In this document: one piece after another, positions 28,279 through 37,990 of the stretch
Layout: every line of letters begins with the position of its first letter
Position numbering within the stretch: the stretch's first letter is position 1
Assembly: GCA_019057475.1 (NCBI GenBank)
Contig: DXJO01000022.1
Coordinates: forward strand, 1 to 64,000
DNA length: 64,000 bases
DNA from: Candidatus Thorarchaeota archaeon
Lineage (GTDB): Archaea; Asgardarchaeota; Thorarchaeia; Thorarchaeales; Thorarchaeaceae
Direction: 5' to 3'
Made by a program: the position numbers and the translations under genes
Notes under the pieces: model-generated
What the model was told of the DNA's origin: nothing
Databases searched by the model: none
What the model saw: the letters and a program-made list of their open reading frames with translations, nothing else

Positions 28279-30111
28279 CTACTTCTGTCTCATTAAAACA
28301 TATCCACCGACGAGGATAACCACCGCAGCACCGACTGCACCGGCTACAATAGCCATTGTGAAGTCAGGAGGAGCTACCGTTGTTGTGTCAGTGTCTGGCG
28401 TTTCCACAGTTTTGTCAGGTCCGAAGAAGTAGTTCGGGTTGTACGTCAACTCAGTGAACTCACCCGCAACATACTCGGTTATGATGAATGGTCCAGAGGT
28501 CACAAATTCCTCAACTGGTGGATTGGGGCTCCATTCGGCCCAGTCCTCAATCACAATCTCCTGCATGATATGCTTCGGAAAGATTGGCTTGAATGCGACG
28601 CCGTGCAGGTGCCAGTAGGACTCAGTGTTGAACTCCACAACAACTGTGTAGGTTGATGGAGCATATGCGGCACTCATCTCCAGCAGGTCTGGCCGATATC
28701 TGTTTCCAGGTGCGTCTCTTAGGAAGTTCAGTGAGAACGCGACATCCTCAGCCGTCAATGGAGTACCATCAGTCCAAGTGGCATTCTGGAGGATGTTGAA
28801 GGTGAACCGGGTGTGCCCTACAGGAATTGCGTCATTTTCAGCATGCGTTTCAGCCAAGTATGACTCAGCCAGCCACAACATGTCCAAGCCAGTGGAATCA
28901 AGAGTCATCAAGCTGTCATAGAGCTCGGTCAACACTTGAATGGTGTAAGCTGAGCTAGCACCCAATAGGTTGAATGTGTCAAGGTCGAGCGAGTTGCTCC
29001 AACGGAATGTTCCGCCGAACGGACCACCCTGATCAGCCTTTAGATGGACTTTCTTGTTCGTCCAAGTGCCGGGGACTCCATCGGACCAATCGTTGACGTG
29101 ACCCGCGAACTTGTCATCTCGCCAAGCGTGGTACTTTATGTTCTGGTAGGTGATGATGTACGGACACTCATAGACCCAGATCTCCTGCAGCTTGATTGCG
29201 GCAGCATAGACTGTGTCATAGTCCGTTGAGTGGAGCAAGTCGTCGATGTAATAATCGTAGGTAGAGTTCTTAAAGTTCGGGAAGTTTAAGAATGGCTCGT
29301 CTGCGTTCCATGAAGCCCACTCTTTACCTAGGAAGTCAACGTCAGCTGAACCAAATTCCCAAGCAAGGAAGCACATGTCGTAATCGAGGTGGTTGTTAAG
29401 CCTACCGAGATACTCGTAGAAGTCAGTGGGTTCAGAGGTAGCCTCAATACCCAGATCAAGTAGAGCATCTGCGATGAAGGCTCCAACCTCGATGGCGATT
29501 GGTGAGGATGATGCACACTCAACCAGGATTGGGTCGAAATCACCTTTAGGACCAGTTAGGAATTCAGCTCCTTTTTCATAGTAAAACCCGGCGGCTTCCA
29601 GAAGATCTTTACCCTTCTGTACCTGTGGTTCATAGTAAGTATAGGGTAGCTGCCCCTCAATGGACCATCCGTTCTGCTTAGGTACAGGGGAATCTTGTGA
29701 TCCTGAGAATCCTTCGAATATGTCAGCAGAGATTGCATTCTTGTCTAATGCGAATGCTATTGCTCTCCGGACAGCTGTATAGTTGAGCGGATACCTATCA
29801 CAATTGATTGTGACGAATCCATAGCCATTTCTCAGTACATTGGTAAGTTGTATGTTCTCAGCTACCTCGAGTGCCGGAATAAAGGTTGGATCAAGGAAGC
29901 TATCGATAACATCGATTTCGTCATTTTGTAGTGCAAGAACTTGCAAGTCGTCGCTCGTAATCACATCGAATCTAAGCTTGTCAATATACGGACCGGTCTT
30001 AGCATGACCAGGTATCGTTTGAGCTGTGGCAAAAATCGGTGAGATTGCCATCAATGCGAAAGCAGCAACGAGCGTAATAGCAATTGTTCTCTTAGCACGA
30101 GTGCTTGCCAT
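28279..30111 (-). CDS. oppA: Peptide ABC transporter substrate-binding protein (family 5), circularly permuted, C-terminal TM anchor
   Basis: Signal peptide; VRRAIAFALD, YDSL, WLAESY, WTDGTPLTAEDVAFS, SGPF; AAGGAG SD before ATG 30111. Confidence 0.88.
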   Translation of the reverse strand: MASTRAKRTIAITLVAAFALMAISPIFATAQTIPGHAKTGPYIDKLRFDVITSDDLQVLALQNDEIDVIDSFLDPTFIPALEVAENIQLTNVLRNGYGFVTINCDRYPLNYTAVRRAIAFALDKNAISADIFEGFSGSQDSPVPKQNGWSIEGQLPYTYYEPQVQKGKDLLEAAGFYYEKGAEFLTGPKGDFDPILVECASSSPIAIEVGAFIADALLDLGIEATSEPTDFYEYLGRLNNHLDYDMCFLAWEFGSADVDFLGKEWASWNADEPFLNFPNFKNSTYDYYIDDLLHSTDYDTVYAAAIKLQEIWVYECPYIITYQNIKYHAWRDDKFAGHVNDWSDGVPGTWTNKKVHLKADQGGPFGGTFRWSNSLDLDTFNLLGASSAYTIQVLTELYDSLMTLDSTGLDMLWLAESYLAETHAENDAIPVGHTRFTFNILQNATWTDGTPLTAEDVAFSLNFLRDAPGNRYRPDLLEMSAAYAPSTYTVVVEFNTESYWHLHGVAFKPIFPKHIMQEIVIEDWAEWSPNPPVEEFVTSGPFIITEYVAGEFTELTYNPNYFFGPDKTVETPDTDTTTVAPPDFTMAIVAGAVGAAVVILVGGYVLMRQK

Positions 30112-30347
30112 TATTCTCTCTATCTCCTTTTCCGAGTCGAATCGGATGTCGTTCAGCTGTTGGTGCATGATAAAAGTGTTTTGTTGCAAGCGGACACACA
30201 TAGAAGTCAATCAGCATAAAGGACAAAGAATTGTTAAGCGAGCGAGGAATATGGATAGATGTTAGTCAACGAATGTATGCACTCCCAGAGAAACAGAACA
30301 AAAGCAAGGGAAGGGCGTGATGCCCTTTCCTACTAGGTAGTGCCATG

Positions 30348-31397
30348 CTATCCGTATTTGATTCGCGGATCCAACACGCCATACAACAGGTCAGCTATGA
30401 AGTTCGCGAGAATCGCAGTAATCGCTATGACCATGAATATCGCCTGTACAACAGGGTAGTCCAAAATGATGAGACTTCTGAAGATGTACCGGCCCAACCC
30501 ATACCAGCCAAACACTGTTTCCGTAAGCGTTGCACCGTTGATCAGGAACCCGAATGTCATCGCGATTATTGTAACCATCGGGAGCATTGCATTCTTCAGG
30601 CCATGTTTGTATAGAACCTGATTCTCATCCAACCCCTTTGCACGCGCAGTCAAAATGTAATCCTCTGTCATAACATCAATTAAGCTATTACGCATGTAAA
30701 GGAAGTATCCGCCATAGCCACCGACACCGAGCGTGACCATAGGCAGAACCAAATGATGAAGGATGTTACCGGCGATTATCAGCCCGCCAAGTGGATCATC
30801 TTTTGAAGCGATCCAAACATCAGGGGTTATCGTGCCGCCAGACGGAAACTGAATCAGCCCCCCGGTCAAGTTTGGAACATAGAATGAGAACGTCATTAAT
30901 AGCATCATACCTACCCAGAAGACCGGCAATGCATAGATGAACAGAGCTACTGTCACTGCTCCAACATCTCTATTTGACCCTGGGTCTGCCGCAACTTTGA
31001 CTCCTGTGAAGATACCTAGGATGATGGCGACAATAGAAGAGGTACCCATCAATAGAAGGGTGTTTGGCAAACGAGCCATAATCTCATCGGTTACAGGTCT
31101 CTGGCTGACAAATGAATATCCAAAGTCGCCTGTGAACATGTTGACTACATATCTCCAGAACATGTAGATCCAGTCAAAGATGTCAGGATTAGGTACCAAA
31201 CCAAAGCGCGCATAAATCTCCTCGAGTAGCTCTGCGGTCATATTGCGACGCAGGTTTACATCAATCATGAGGTCAACCGGGCTAACACCGAAGAGGAGTG
31301 TTGGAAGTCTGAAGAGGAAAAAGTTGAAACATACTACTGCCACCACTAGCAGAAACATGTAGATGAGTCTTCTAATGACATACTCGCGCAATCCCAT
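30348..31397 (-). CDS. oppB: Peptide ABC permease (OppB/DppB)
   Basis: GDFGYSF, EDYILTARAKGL, ETVFGWYGLG, LYGVLDPRI. Confidence 0.93.
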   Translation of the reverse strand: MGLREYVIRRLIYMFLLVVAVVCFNFFLFRLPTLLFGVSPVDLMIDVNLRRNMTAELLEEIYARFGLVPNPDIFDWIYMFWRYVVNMFTGDFGYSFVSQRPVTDEIMARLPNTLLLMGTSSIVAIILGIFTGVKVAADPGSNRDVGAVTVALFIYALPVFWVGMMLLMTFSFYVPNLTGGLIQFPSGGTITPDVWIASKDDPLGGLIIAGNILHHLVLPMVTLGVGGYGGYFLYMRNSLIDVMTEDYILTARAKGLDENQVLYKHGLKNAMLPMVTIIAMTFGFLINGATLTETVFGWYGLGRYIFRSLIILDYPVVQAIFMVIAITAILANFIADLLYGVLDPRIKYG

Positions 31398-31589
31398 TGT
31401 TCATGCTCCTTATTCATTTGTCCGCAGTACATAGTGTCACTGAGTACTGCAATGATGTACAATTTCCACCGACCTAATAAGGATACCGTTCAAGGAGACC
31501 AGCAGAGATTGGACGATCAGTGAATAGAATAGTGGAAGAAAAAAGAAATGATAGAGGCCCTGTAAGGGCCTCGGGATTCAAGAGAGCGG

Positions 31590-33194
31590 CTATCTCTGTC
31601 TAAGTCTTGGATTGAGAACTTGGTCTAAGGTATGTCCGACAAAGGTGAATGCCAAGGACAAGATGGTGATCATCAGACCTGGGAAGACAACCACCCACCA
31701 GGCACCGTGAGTAAAGCCACCAGTACCTTGAGCGTCAGCAAGCATCCTACCCCAACTTGGTTGACCTGGATCAGTCAGACCAAGGAATGCAAGACCAGAC
31801 TCGGATAGAATAGCTCCCACAACACCCAGAGTGATGTTGGCGAACAGAATGGGAGTCACGTTTGGCAATATGTGCCTCATAACGATGTAAGTGTCTGAGG
31901 CACCAATCGCCCTTGCAGACTCGACATAGGCCTTGTTCTTCTCAGCCATCACTTGAGATCGTATAAGCCGCGATGTCCCAGTCCACCCTAATATCGCGAT
32001 CACTATAATGATATTGTCTGTGGTGGGTCCGAGAAATGATGCCATTATCATCATTAGCGGTAATCCCGGAATGACCAGAAGGAAATCCACAAGTCGCATG
32101 AGAATCTCGTCAGTTTTTCCACCAAGGTACCCGGCAGTCAGACCAACTATTACACCGATTGCTGTTGATATTGCGGTTGCAAGAATTCCGATGGTGAGAG
32201 AGATTCTTGACCCAAATATTAGCTGACTGAAAGCATCACCCCCCTTGTCTGTTGTTCCCAGCAGACCAAAGTAGGAACCGAAAGCAACCAAGCTTATCGA
32301 TTTGACTGATACAGTTACTGAGCCTGTGTACTCAAACTCGGGAGTTGATCCAAGATAGTTGTGGAAGACCGCTGTTGGGACAAGGCCAACGGCTATTGTG
32401 AGAATATCTTCGAGATCTTCCTGCCAACCAGTCGCGTTTTCGGCCATGCCTCTCCAGCCTTCAACGATATCAAGGTAACTCAAATCTATTTGCCGGGCGC
32501 GATAACTATCCGAATATAGTGGGTAGGACCTGTAAACGTTGCGCCAGTTCCCACTGTAGTCGATAAGCCAAACATACACTTTGAACATAAGACCCCCTTC
32601 CAGCCTGGCAAAATCGCCTGTCTGAGTAATAGCGAAGTCAATGGTCATGTTTACGTCGCTGGGAATAGCCTCGTAGGGCCATTCAAACTGCTGTGTGAAG
32701 TAGATGAAATCATTAGAAGCAGGTAGATCGTCATCTGGATCTGGAGGTGTTCGCCAAGACATCGATTCATTGGAATGAATCCATGTGAGATTCACATGGT
32801 TGAAATCATTATCTCCAGTCGATTCATGGTACAAATAATCGAATTCGTCTTGGTTGGAACCGTTTTTGTAGAACACGGGGGCAGCAGGATCAATCATCCA
32901 TGAGTCCGGATCCTCCAAAGCTGTATCTGGCATCCATTCGGCAGTTATAACTCCCTCTGGATCAAATACTGACACCCATTGTGGAGCCATGTAATTCGGT
33001 GCAACCCTTGCTGTGGGCGAAGGATCATGAGTTGCTATCCATGGAGCTCCGATTGCCATTCCTACATACAGAACAAGCAAAACTATTCCAAGCAAGCCGA
33101 TTCTATGTTTCTTGTATTCTAGCCAAAAGCCAGACAGACTTACATACCAATTGCGATCTCTCCAACCAGCTGATTTTTCCGCACTCGTAGACAA
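31590..33194 (-). CDS. oppC: Peptide ABC permease (OppC/DppC) with large extracytoplasmic insert
   Basis: LLGTTDKGGD, GSRISL, YVESARAIGAS, HILPN, SWGRML, LNPRLR. Confidence 0.92.
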   Translation of the reverse strand: MSTSAEKSAGWRDRNWYVSLSGFWLEYKKHRIGLLGIVLLVLYVGMAIGAPWIATHDPSPTARVAPNYMAPQWVSVFDPEGVITAEWMPDTALEDPDSWMIDPAAPVFYKNGSNQDEFDYLYHESTGDNDFNHVNLTWIHSNESMSWRTPPDPDDDLPASNDFIYFTQQFEWPYEAIPSDVNMTIDFAITQTGDFARLEGGLMFKVYVWLIDYSGNWRNVYRSYPLYSDSYRARQIDLSYLDIVEGWRGMAENATGWQEDLEDILTIAVGLVPTAVFHNYLGSTPEFEYTGSVTVSVKSISLVAFGSYFGLLGTTDKGGDAFSQLIFGSRISLTIGILATAISTAIGVIVGLTAGYLGGKTDEILMRLVDFLLVIPGLPLMMIMASFLGPTTDNIIIVIAILGWTGTSRLIRSQVMAEKNKAYVESARAIGASDTYIVMRHILPNVTPILFANITLGVVGAILSESGLAFLGLTDPGQPSWGRMLADAQGTGGFTHGAWWVVVFPGLMITILSLAFTFVGHTLDQVLNPRLRQR

Positions 33195-33546
33195 TGGCTC
33201 TTATCTCCTTTCACGTGATCGATTGTTCTCTGTTCAATGTGTTTCGCAGTTTTGCAGAAACCAACGAATCCTTGACCGATTCTTCGCTTTCACCCATTAA
33301 AAAAGGTCACTATAGGCGCTTCCGAAACCAGTCGCATTGGGGATACGGAGATTCAAAACAACCAGTGTAGGAAGTAAGGGGTCGCGAGGAATGGCGACTA
33401 TCTCGACGATCAGTGGAATATCTCTTGAAATCCACCCGTCAAGGATTGTCCAGAAAAGGTCAACGTACTCAGGTCTTCGATTCCAAGTGCAGAATGGATT
33501 GATCCAAGTTCTGATAGATAGGTACTAGCGTAGGTTCTTGATGATG

Positions 33547-33861
33547 TTACTTTTTGTGATCCTCATCGAATAGTGTATCAACAAACGGATCCTCATCAAT
33601 TGGTTCTTCAAGATCCTCGATTCCTCTGGCATTTCTTGCTTTGATTATATCCTTGGTCCGTCTTGATGCAGCCCATAAATCAGCGAAGACCACGCCAACC
33701 AGGAACATGGTAAAAACTCCGGTTAATGATAGCACTATTCCAATAAAACGAAGCACTTGTATCGTCGTGAGAAGGAGCCCACCAAAAATGAGCAGAACAG
33801 GAATCAGCAGTATTCTCTTCTGTGGTTCCTTTCTGGTTATCGGAAAAGATCGTACTGTCAT
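33547..33861 (-). CDS. Small two-TM membrane protein
   Basis: Hydrophobic hairpin and acidic tail. Confidence 0.65.
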   Translation of the reverse strand: MTVRSFPITRKEPQKRILLIPVLLIFGGLLLTTIQVLRFIGIVLSLTGVFTMFLVGVVFADLWAASRRTKDIIKARNARGIEDLEEPIDEDPFVDTLFDEDHKK

Positions 33862-34068
33862 TATCAGTCGATAGGTCGTCCTACTGCTATCCTTTTACTC
33901 TTTTCGAACTCATAGGTTGAAGGCATAGTTTTGTCTAGAGCAAAAAGCTGTCGCAGAAAGCAAGTTATATAAGTGCGACACAGAAGGACGACAAATCAGT
34001 GAAGGGATAGTGAAGTCATTTCGTAGTCCCGATAGTCAAAGATTCATATCCCCAAAGGAGATAGAGGA

Positions 34069-35058
34069 ATGACCCTGCTTGACATACAGTCGCTTAGAAT
34101 GTACTATCAGACACAAAAAGGTCTTGTAAAAGCAGTTGACAATGTATCCCTACAGCTTGAGTCAGGAGAGTCCATTGGGCTTGCAGGCGAATCAGGTTGT
34201 GGTAAGTCTAGCCTTGCTTACTCAATTATGCAATTGCTACCGCCAGCAGCCAACATCGTAGGTGGTAACATCTACTTCAAGGGAGAAGACCTCCTGAGAA
34301 AGAGCGCACGTGAGATGCGAGACATCAGATGGAAGAACGTGGCAATCGTGTTCCAAGGCGCCATGAATGCGCTGAATCCAGTCTTCGAGATCGGTGACCA
34401 GATTGCAGAAGCCATCCTGATGCACGAAAATGTTACAGAGGAAGAAGCTCTCGACCGTGTTTCAAAGCTGTTTGAAATGGTCGGGCTTGACCCGTCTCGA
34501 ATTCACAACTACCCACACGAGTTCTCAGGAGGCATGCGCCAGAGAGCCATGATTGCAATGGCTCTGGCCTGTAATCCGGACCTTGTGATTGCAGACGAGC
34601 CTACCACAGCTCTCGACGTAACAATTCAGGCCCAGATACTGAAGCTTATGCAAAAGCTGCAGAAAGACCTAGGTCTATCACTAATCCTGATCACGCACGA
34701 CTTGAGCGTTATCGCGGAAACCTGCGACAAGACAGCGATCATGTATGCCGGCTGCATTGCGGAGCTCGCAGACGTTGTGTCGGTGTTCAAGGAGCCAATC
34801 CATCCATACGCGGCGGGACTGGTAGCTGCTATTCCGAGCATGGTGAAAGCCGAGCATAAGAAACTCTCATCCATTCCGGGTTCACCTCCAGATCTCATTG
34901 ACCCGCCATCAGGGTGTCGATTCCACCCGAGGTGCCCGTACGCAAAGGACATCTGCAATAAGGAAGAGCCTGCCTTCGAGGAAATCGATCCTGGAAGATG
35001 GGTAGCGTGCCACTTTGCTGAGCAGTTGAAGGGCGAACTCACCGTAAACATAGATTGA
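34069..35058 (+). CDS. oppD: Peptide ABC ATPase (OppD)
   Basis: [37 protein letters not shown]. Confidence 0.95.
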   Translation: MTLLDIQSLRMYYQTQKGLVKAVDNVSLQLESGESIGLAGESGCGKSSLAYSIMQLLPPAANIVGGNIYFKGEDLLRKSAREMRDIRWKNVAIVFQGAMNALNPVFEIGDQIAEAILMHENVTEEEALDRVSKLFEMVGLDPSRIHNYPHEFSGGMRQRAMIAMALACNPDLVIADEPTTALDVTIQAQILKLMQKLQKDLGLSLILITHDLSVIAETCDKTAIMYAGCIAELADVVSVFKEPIHPYAAGLVAAIPSMVKAEHKKLSSIPGSPPDLIDPPSGCRFHPRCPYAKDICNKEEPAFEEIDPGRWVACHFAEQLKGELTVNID

Positions 35059-35071
35059 GGAGGTTCATAGA

Positions 35072-36136
35072 ATGACAATTGAAGATTATTCAGGAGCACT
35101 TGGCCGGTCCGAGGATATCGCAGACGGAGAACCCCTAGTTCAGATACTCGGCATGCGCAAGTGGTTCCCAGTAAATGTTGGCTTCCTCTCGTCAATGTTG
35201 TACAAGCAGGAGCTTTACGTGAAGGCCGTCGATGGTGTTACCTTTGACATCATGAAGGGAGAAATCTTGGTTCTGGCAGGTGAATCAGGCTGTGGCAAAA
35301 CAACCACAGGTCGATGCCTTCTCTACCTTGAAGCCCCTACAGATGGAACTGTAGTCTATGCGGGCATTGATTTGGCCACATTGGATCGTACTGAGATGAA
35401 GGACTTGAGAAAGCGAATGCAAATCACCTTTCAAGATCCGTACGAATCTCTTAATCCAAAGCAGAGCATCCATAGCATTGTTGCAGAGCCACTCGTTGTA
35501 CATAAGATTCCGTTGACACCCAGTCAGAAGAGACAGCGTGTGTTAGAGGCTTTGGAGAGTGTTTCCATCACGCCGGCAGAAGATTTCATCGACAGGTATC
35601 CTCACGAACTGTCAGGAGGACAGAGACAGAGGATATCAGTCGCTAGAGCACTAATCCTTCACCCCGAGTTCATGGTTGCTGATGAGCCAGTATCAATGCT
35701 GGACGTTTCAATCCGGGCAGAGATTCTCAATCTTCTACTGAAGCTCAGAGAGGATCTTGGGCTCACTTATCTGTTCATCACACACGACTTAGCAGTAGCA
35801 AGCTACATTGCAGATCGCATTGGGATCATGTACTTGGGAGTCATTGTTGAAATCGGTCCAGCGCATTCTGTTGCATTCGAGCCGCAACACCCCTACACTC
35901 GAGCTCTGATCTCCGCGGTACCTTCTGGAGACCCCACTGTGAAGCGCCGTGTTGAGTCACTCAAGGGAGAACCGCCAAGCCCAATCAACATCCCAACGGG
36001 CTGCAGGTTCCATCCAAGGTGTCCGTACGCTCAGGAGATCTGCGTGCGTGAGGTTCCTGAAGACAGGGATATGGGTGAAGGTCACTACGTGGCATGCCAC
36101 TTTGCCGGCGAGCTTGGTGAACCGACCAACCTATAG
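35072..36136 (+). CDS. oppF: Peptide ABC ATPase (OppF)
   Basis: [37 protein letters not shown]. Confidence 0.95.
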   Translation: MTIEDYSGALGRSEDIADGEPLVQILGMRKWFPVNVGFLSSMLYKQELYVKAVDGVTFDIMKGEILVLAGESGCGKTTTGRCLLYLEAPTDGTVVYAGIDLATLDRTEMKDLRKRMQITFQDPYESLNPKQSIHSIVAEPLVVHKIPLTPSQKRQRVLEALESVSITPAEDFIDRYPHELSGGQRQRISVARALILHPEFMVADEPVSMLDVSIRAEILNLLLKLREDLGLTYLFITHDLAVASYIADRIGIMYLGVIVEIGPAHSVAFEPQHPYTRALISAVPSGDPTVKRRVESLKGEPPSPINIPTGCRFHPRCPYAQEICVREVPEDRDMGEGHYVACHFAGELGEPTNL

Positions 36137-36194
36137 ACCCTAACTCGCTCTTAGGCGACACACACGAAGACTCACGCCATCGTGAGGCGTTCAT

Positions 36195-36632
36195 ATGACT
36201 GAAGTGTCCGATCGACCTCGAGTGCTAAAAGCAATCAAGAAATGCATCTCTGACGCTCACGAGCATTTCCAGGAGGCTATGGACGCGCTGGATGAGATAG
36301 GTCGCGCGTCACTTGCGACGGGGATGACATCACTCTTCGGAGGATACCAGTTGAAAGACCCGAAGAGAAAATACCGAATAGCAAGAATAGAGATTAAGGC
36401 CGCAGAGAAGGCTCTTTTTCCGCTCACCAAACGATTTCGTGATGGCAGAGTCAATGCAGAGCACTTCAAAGATGAGAAGGCATTGTCGCTTCTGAAGGAC
36501 CTGACTGAATTCGACTACCAAATACTAATCAGACTCCTATGGGAACACAAAGGCAGAGAATCGGCATGGTATCGATTGGAGGAGCTCAGCAATAAAGCCA
36601 AGGCAGTCTTTGAAAAAGTTGCAGACCTATAG
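36195..36632 (+). CDS. Hypothetical helical-bundle protein, paralog 1
   Basis: 145 aa; ORF preserved in both copies. Confidence 0.8.
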   Translation: MTEVSDRPRVLKAIKKCISDAHEHFQEAMDALDEIGRASLATGMTSLFGGYQLKDPKRKYRIARIEIKAAEKALFPLTKRFRDGRVNAEHFKDEKALSLLKDLTEFDYQILIRLLWEHKGRESAWYRLEELSNKAKAVFEKVADL

Positions 36633-36764
36633 AACATATCATGGGCGGAGGTCACTATGTGGCATGCCACTTTGCTGGCGAGCTTGGTGAGCCGGCCAAC
36701 CTATAAACCTCAACTCGCTCTTAGGCGACACACACGAAGACTCACGCTATCGTGAGGCGTTCAT

Positions 36765-37202
36765 ATGACTGAAGTGTCCGATCGACCTCGAGTGCTAAAA
36801 GCAATCAAGAAATGCATCTGTGACGCTCACGAGCATTTCCAGGAGGCCATGGATGCGCTGGATGATAAAACTCGCTGGTCACTTCGTCCGGTGTTGACGT
36901 CAATCTTCGGAGGGTACCTAACAAAGAACCGGAAGGCAAACTACCATAAGGCAAGTATGGAGGTTGCGCTGGCAGAGAAGGCCCTCTATCCGCTCACCAG
37001 ACGATTTCGTGATGGCAGGGTCAATGCAGAGCACTTCAAAGATAAGGAGGCCTTGACGCTTCTAAAAGACCTGACTGAATTCGACTACCAGGTACTTATC
37101 AGACTCCTATTGGAACGTAAAGGGAGAGAATCTGCATGGTATCGATTGGAGGAGCTCAGCAAGAAAGCCAAGGCAGTCCTTGAAAAAGTTGCAGACATAT
37201 AG
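36765..37202 (+). CDS. Hypothetical helical-bundle protein, paralog 2
   Basis: 145 aa; near-identical to paralog 1 outside residues ~35-68. Confidence 0.8.
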   Translation: MTEVSDRPRVLKAIKKCICDAHEHFQEAMDALDDKTRWSLRPVLTSIFGGYLTKNRKANYHKASMEVALAEKALYPLTRRFRDGRVNAEHFKDKEALTLLKDLTEFDYQVLIRLLLERKGRESAWYRLEELSKKAKAVLEKVADI

Positions 37203-37302
37203 GCCATATCGTGAACCATTTACCAGAGTGCCAACAAAGGTAATAACAGTTCGCGAAGACTGTGAATCCTGAAGACAGTCAGATTGGAGTGGTTCGAGTT
37301 TC

Positions 37303-37980
37303 ATGAGTAGTGCGCCTGTCGGGAAATCCCTGAAACATAATCTTGAGAGAACAATTCGTGTAATGGAGAACATCTCTCACTCGCTGACCCTCATGGAAAG
37401 ACACCTGACATCATTGGAGAACTCACACCTAATGAAAGACCTCATCACTGAGGGCGAGTATGTCGTCGGAAATTTACCTGGGGTCATTTGCATTCCCTCG
37501 ACTCTGAAGCAAAATGACCCACTGCAGCCAGCACTGAATCAAATGAAGGCGAGAGGGCGTAGGATGCCTTCGATGATTAGACTAGGTGACTCCATGGAAT
37601 CCGTGGAAACATGTGACAAGGTCGTGAGAATAATCAAATCCGAGATCTTGCCAGCATTGGATGACAGTGCGTTCGTAGTCAATCTCAGATGGGATGAAAT
37701 GATTAGTCCTTTTGAATCCAATCGTACCATAGTCATAGGAAAGAGGTATAGCAAGGGCTCTAGGAAACGATTCAAGCGCTTGGAGAGGACTCTTGGAGAA
37801 CTCGGTGTGCACGTATTGTCTGACAGTGGAGAGTACGGAGGGGGACCACTGGTTTATGCCATTACGAGAGCATTGCCGACTAAAACCAATCTGCTGGTAT
37901 TCGAACTTACGCTATCGATGTCTGTGGCGTGCGAACCCAACATCGTGACACAGATACTTGAATCTCTCCAAGGACACTAG
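37303..37980 (+). CDS. Hypothetical protein, possible degenerate N-formylglutamate amidohydrolase / Zn-peptidase-like fold
   Basis: GEYGGGPL...LVFELTL resembles the PYxGG...QxEI pattern; metal His residues not evident. Confidence 0.55.
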   Translation: MSSAPVGKSLKHNLERTIRVMENISHSLTLMERHLTSLENSHLMKDLITEGEYVVGNLPGVICIPSTLKQNDPLQPALNQMKARGRRMPSMIRLGDSMESVETCDKVVRIIKSEILPALDDSAFVVNLRWDEMISPFESNRTIVIGKRYSKGSRKRFKRLERTLGELGVHVLSDSGEYGGGPLVYAITRALPTKTNLLVFELTLSMSVACEPNIVTQILESLQGH

Positions 37981-37990
37981 GTGCTTAGAT

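Larger units (their letters stand above)
36071..37210 (+). repeat. Tandem duplication, 570-bp unit (oppF 3' end + spacer + 145-aa gene)
   Basis: 36071 ATGGGTGAAGGTCACTAC... matches 36641 ATGGGCGGAGGTCACTAT...; both genes 438 bp, offset 570. Confidence 0.92.

Noticed and set aside
28201-36725. CRISPR array from the 25-bp repeat
   Set aside because: Only three copies, spaced 570 bp and 7.9 kb; no cas genes.
36195-37202. Diversity-generating retroelement TR/VR pair
   Set aside because: Differences are not confined to adenines (e.g. GCG>TGG, GCG>CGT), both copies are full genes, and no reverse transcriptase is present.
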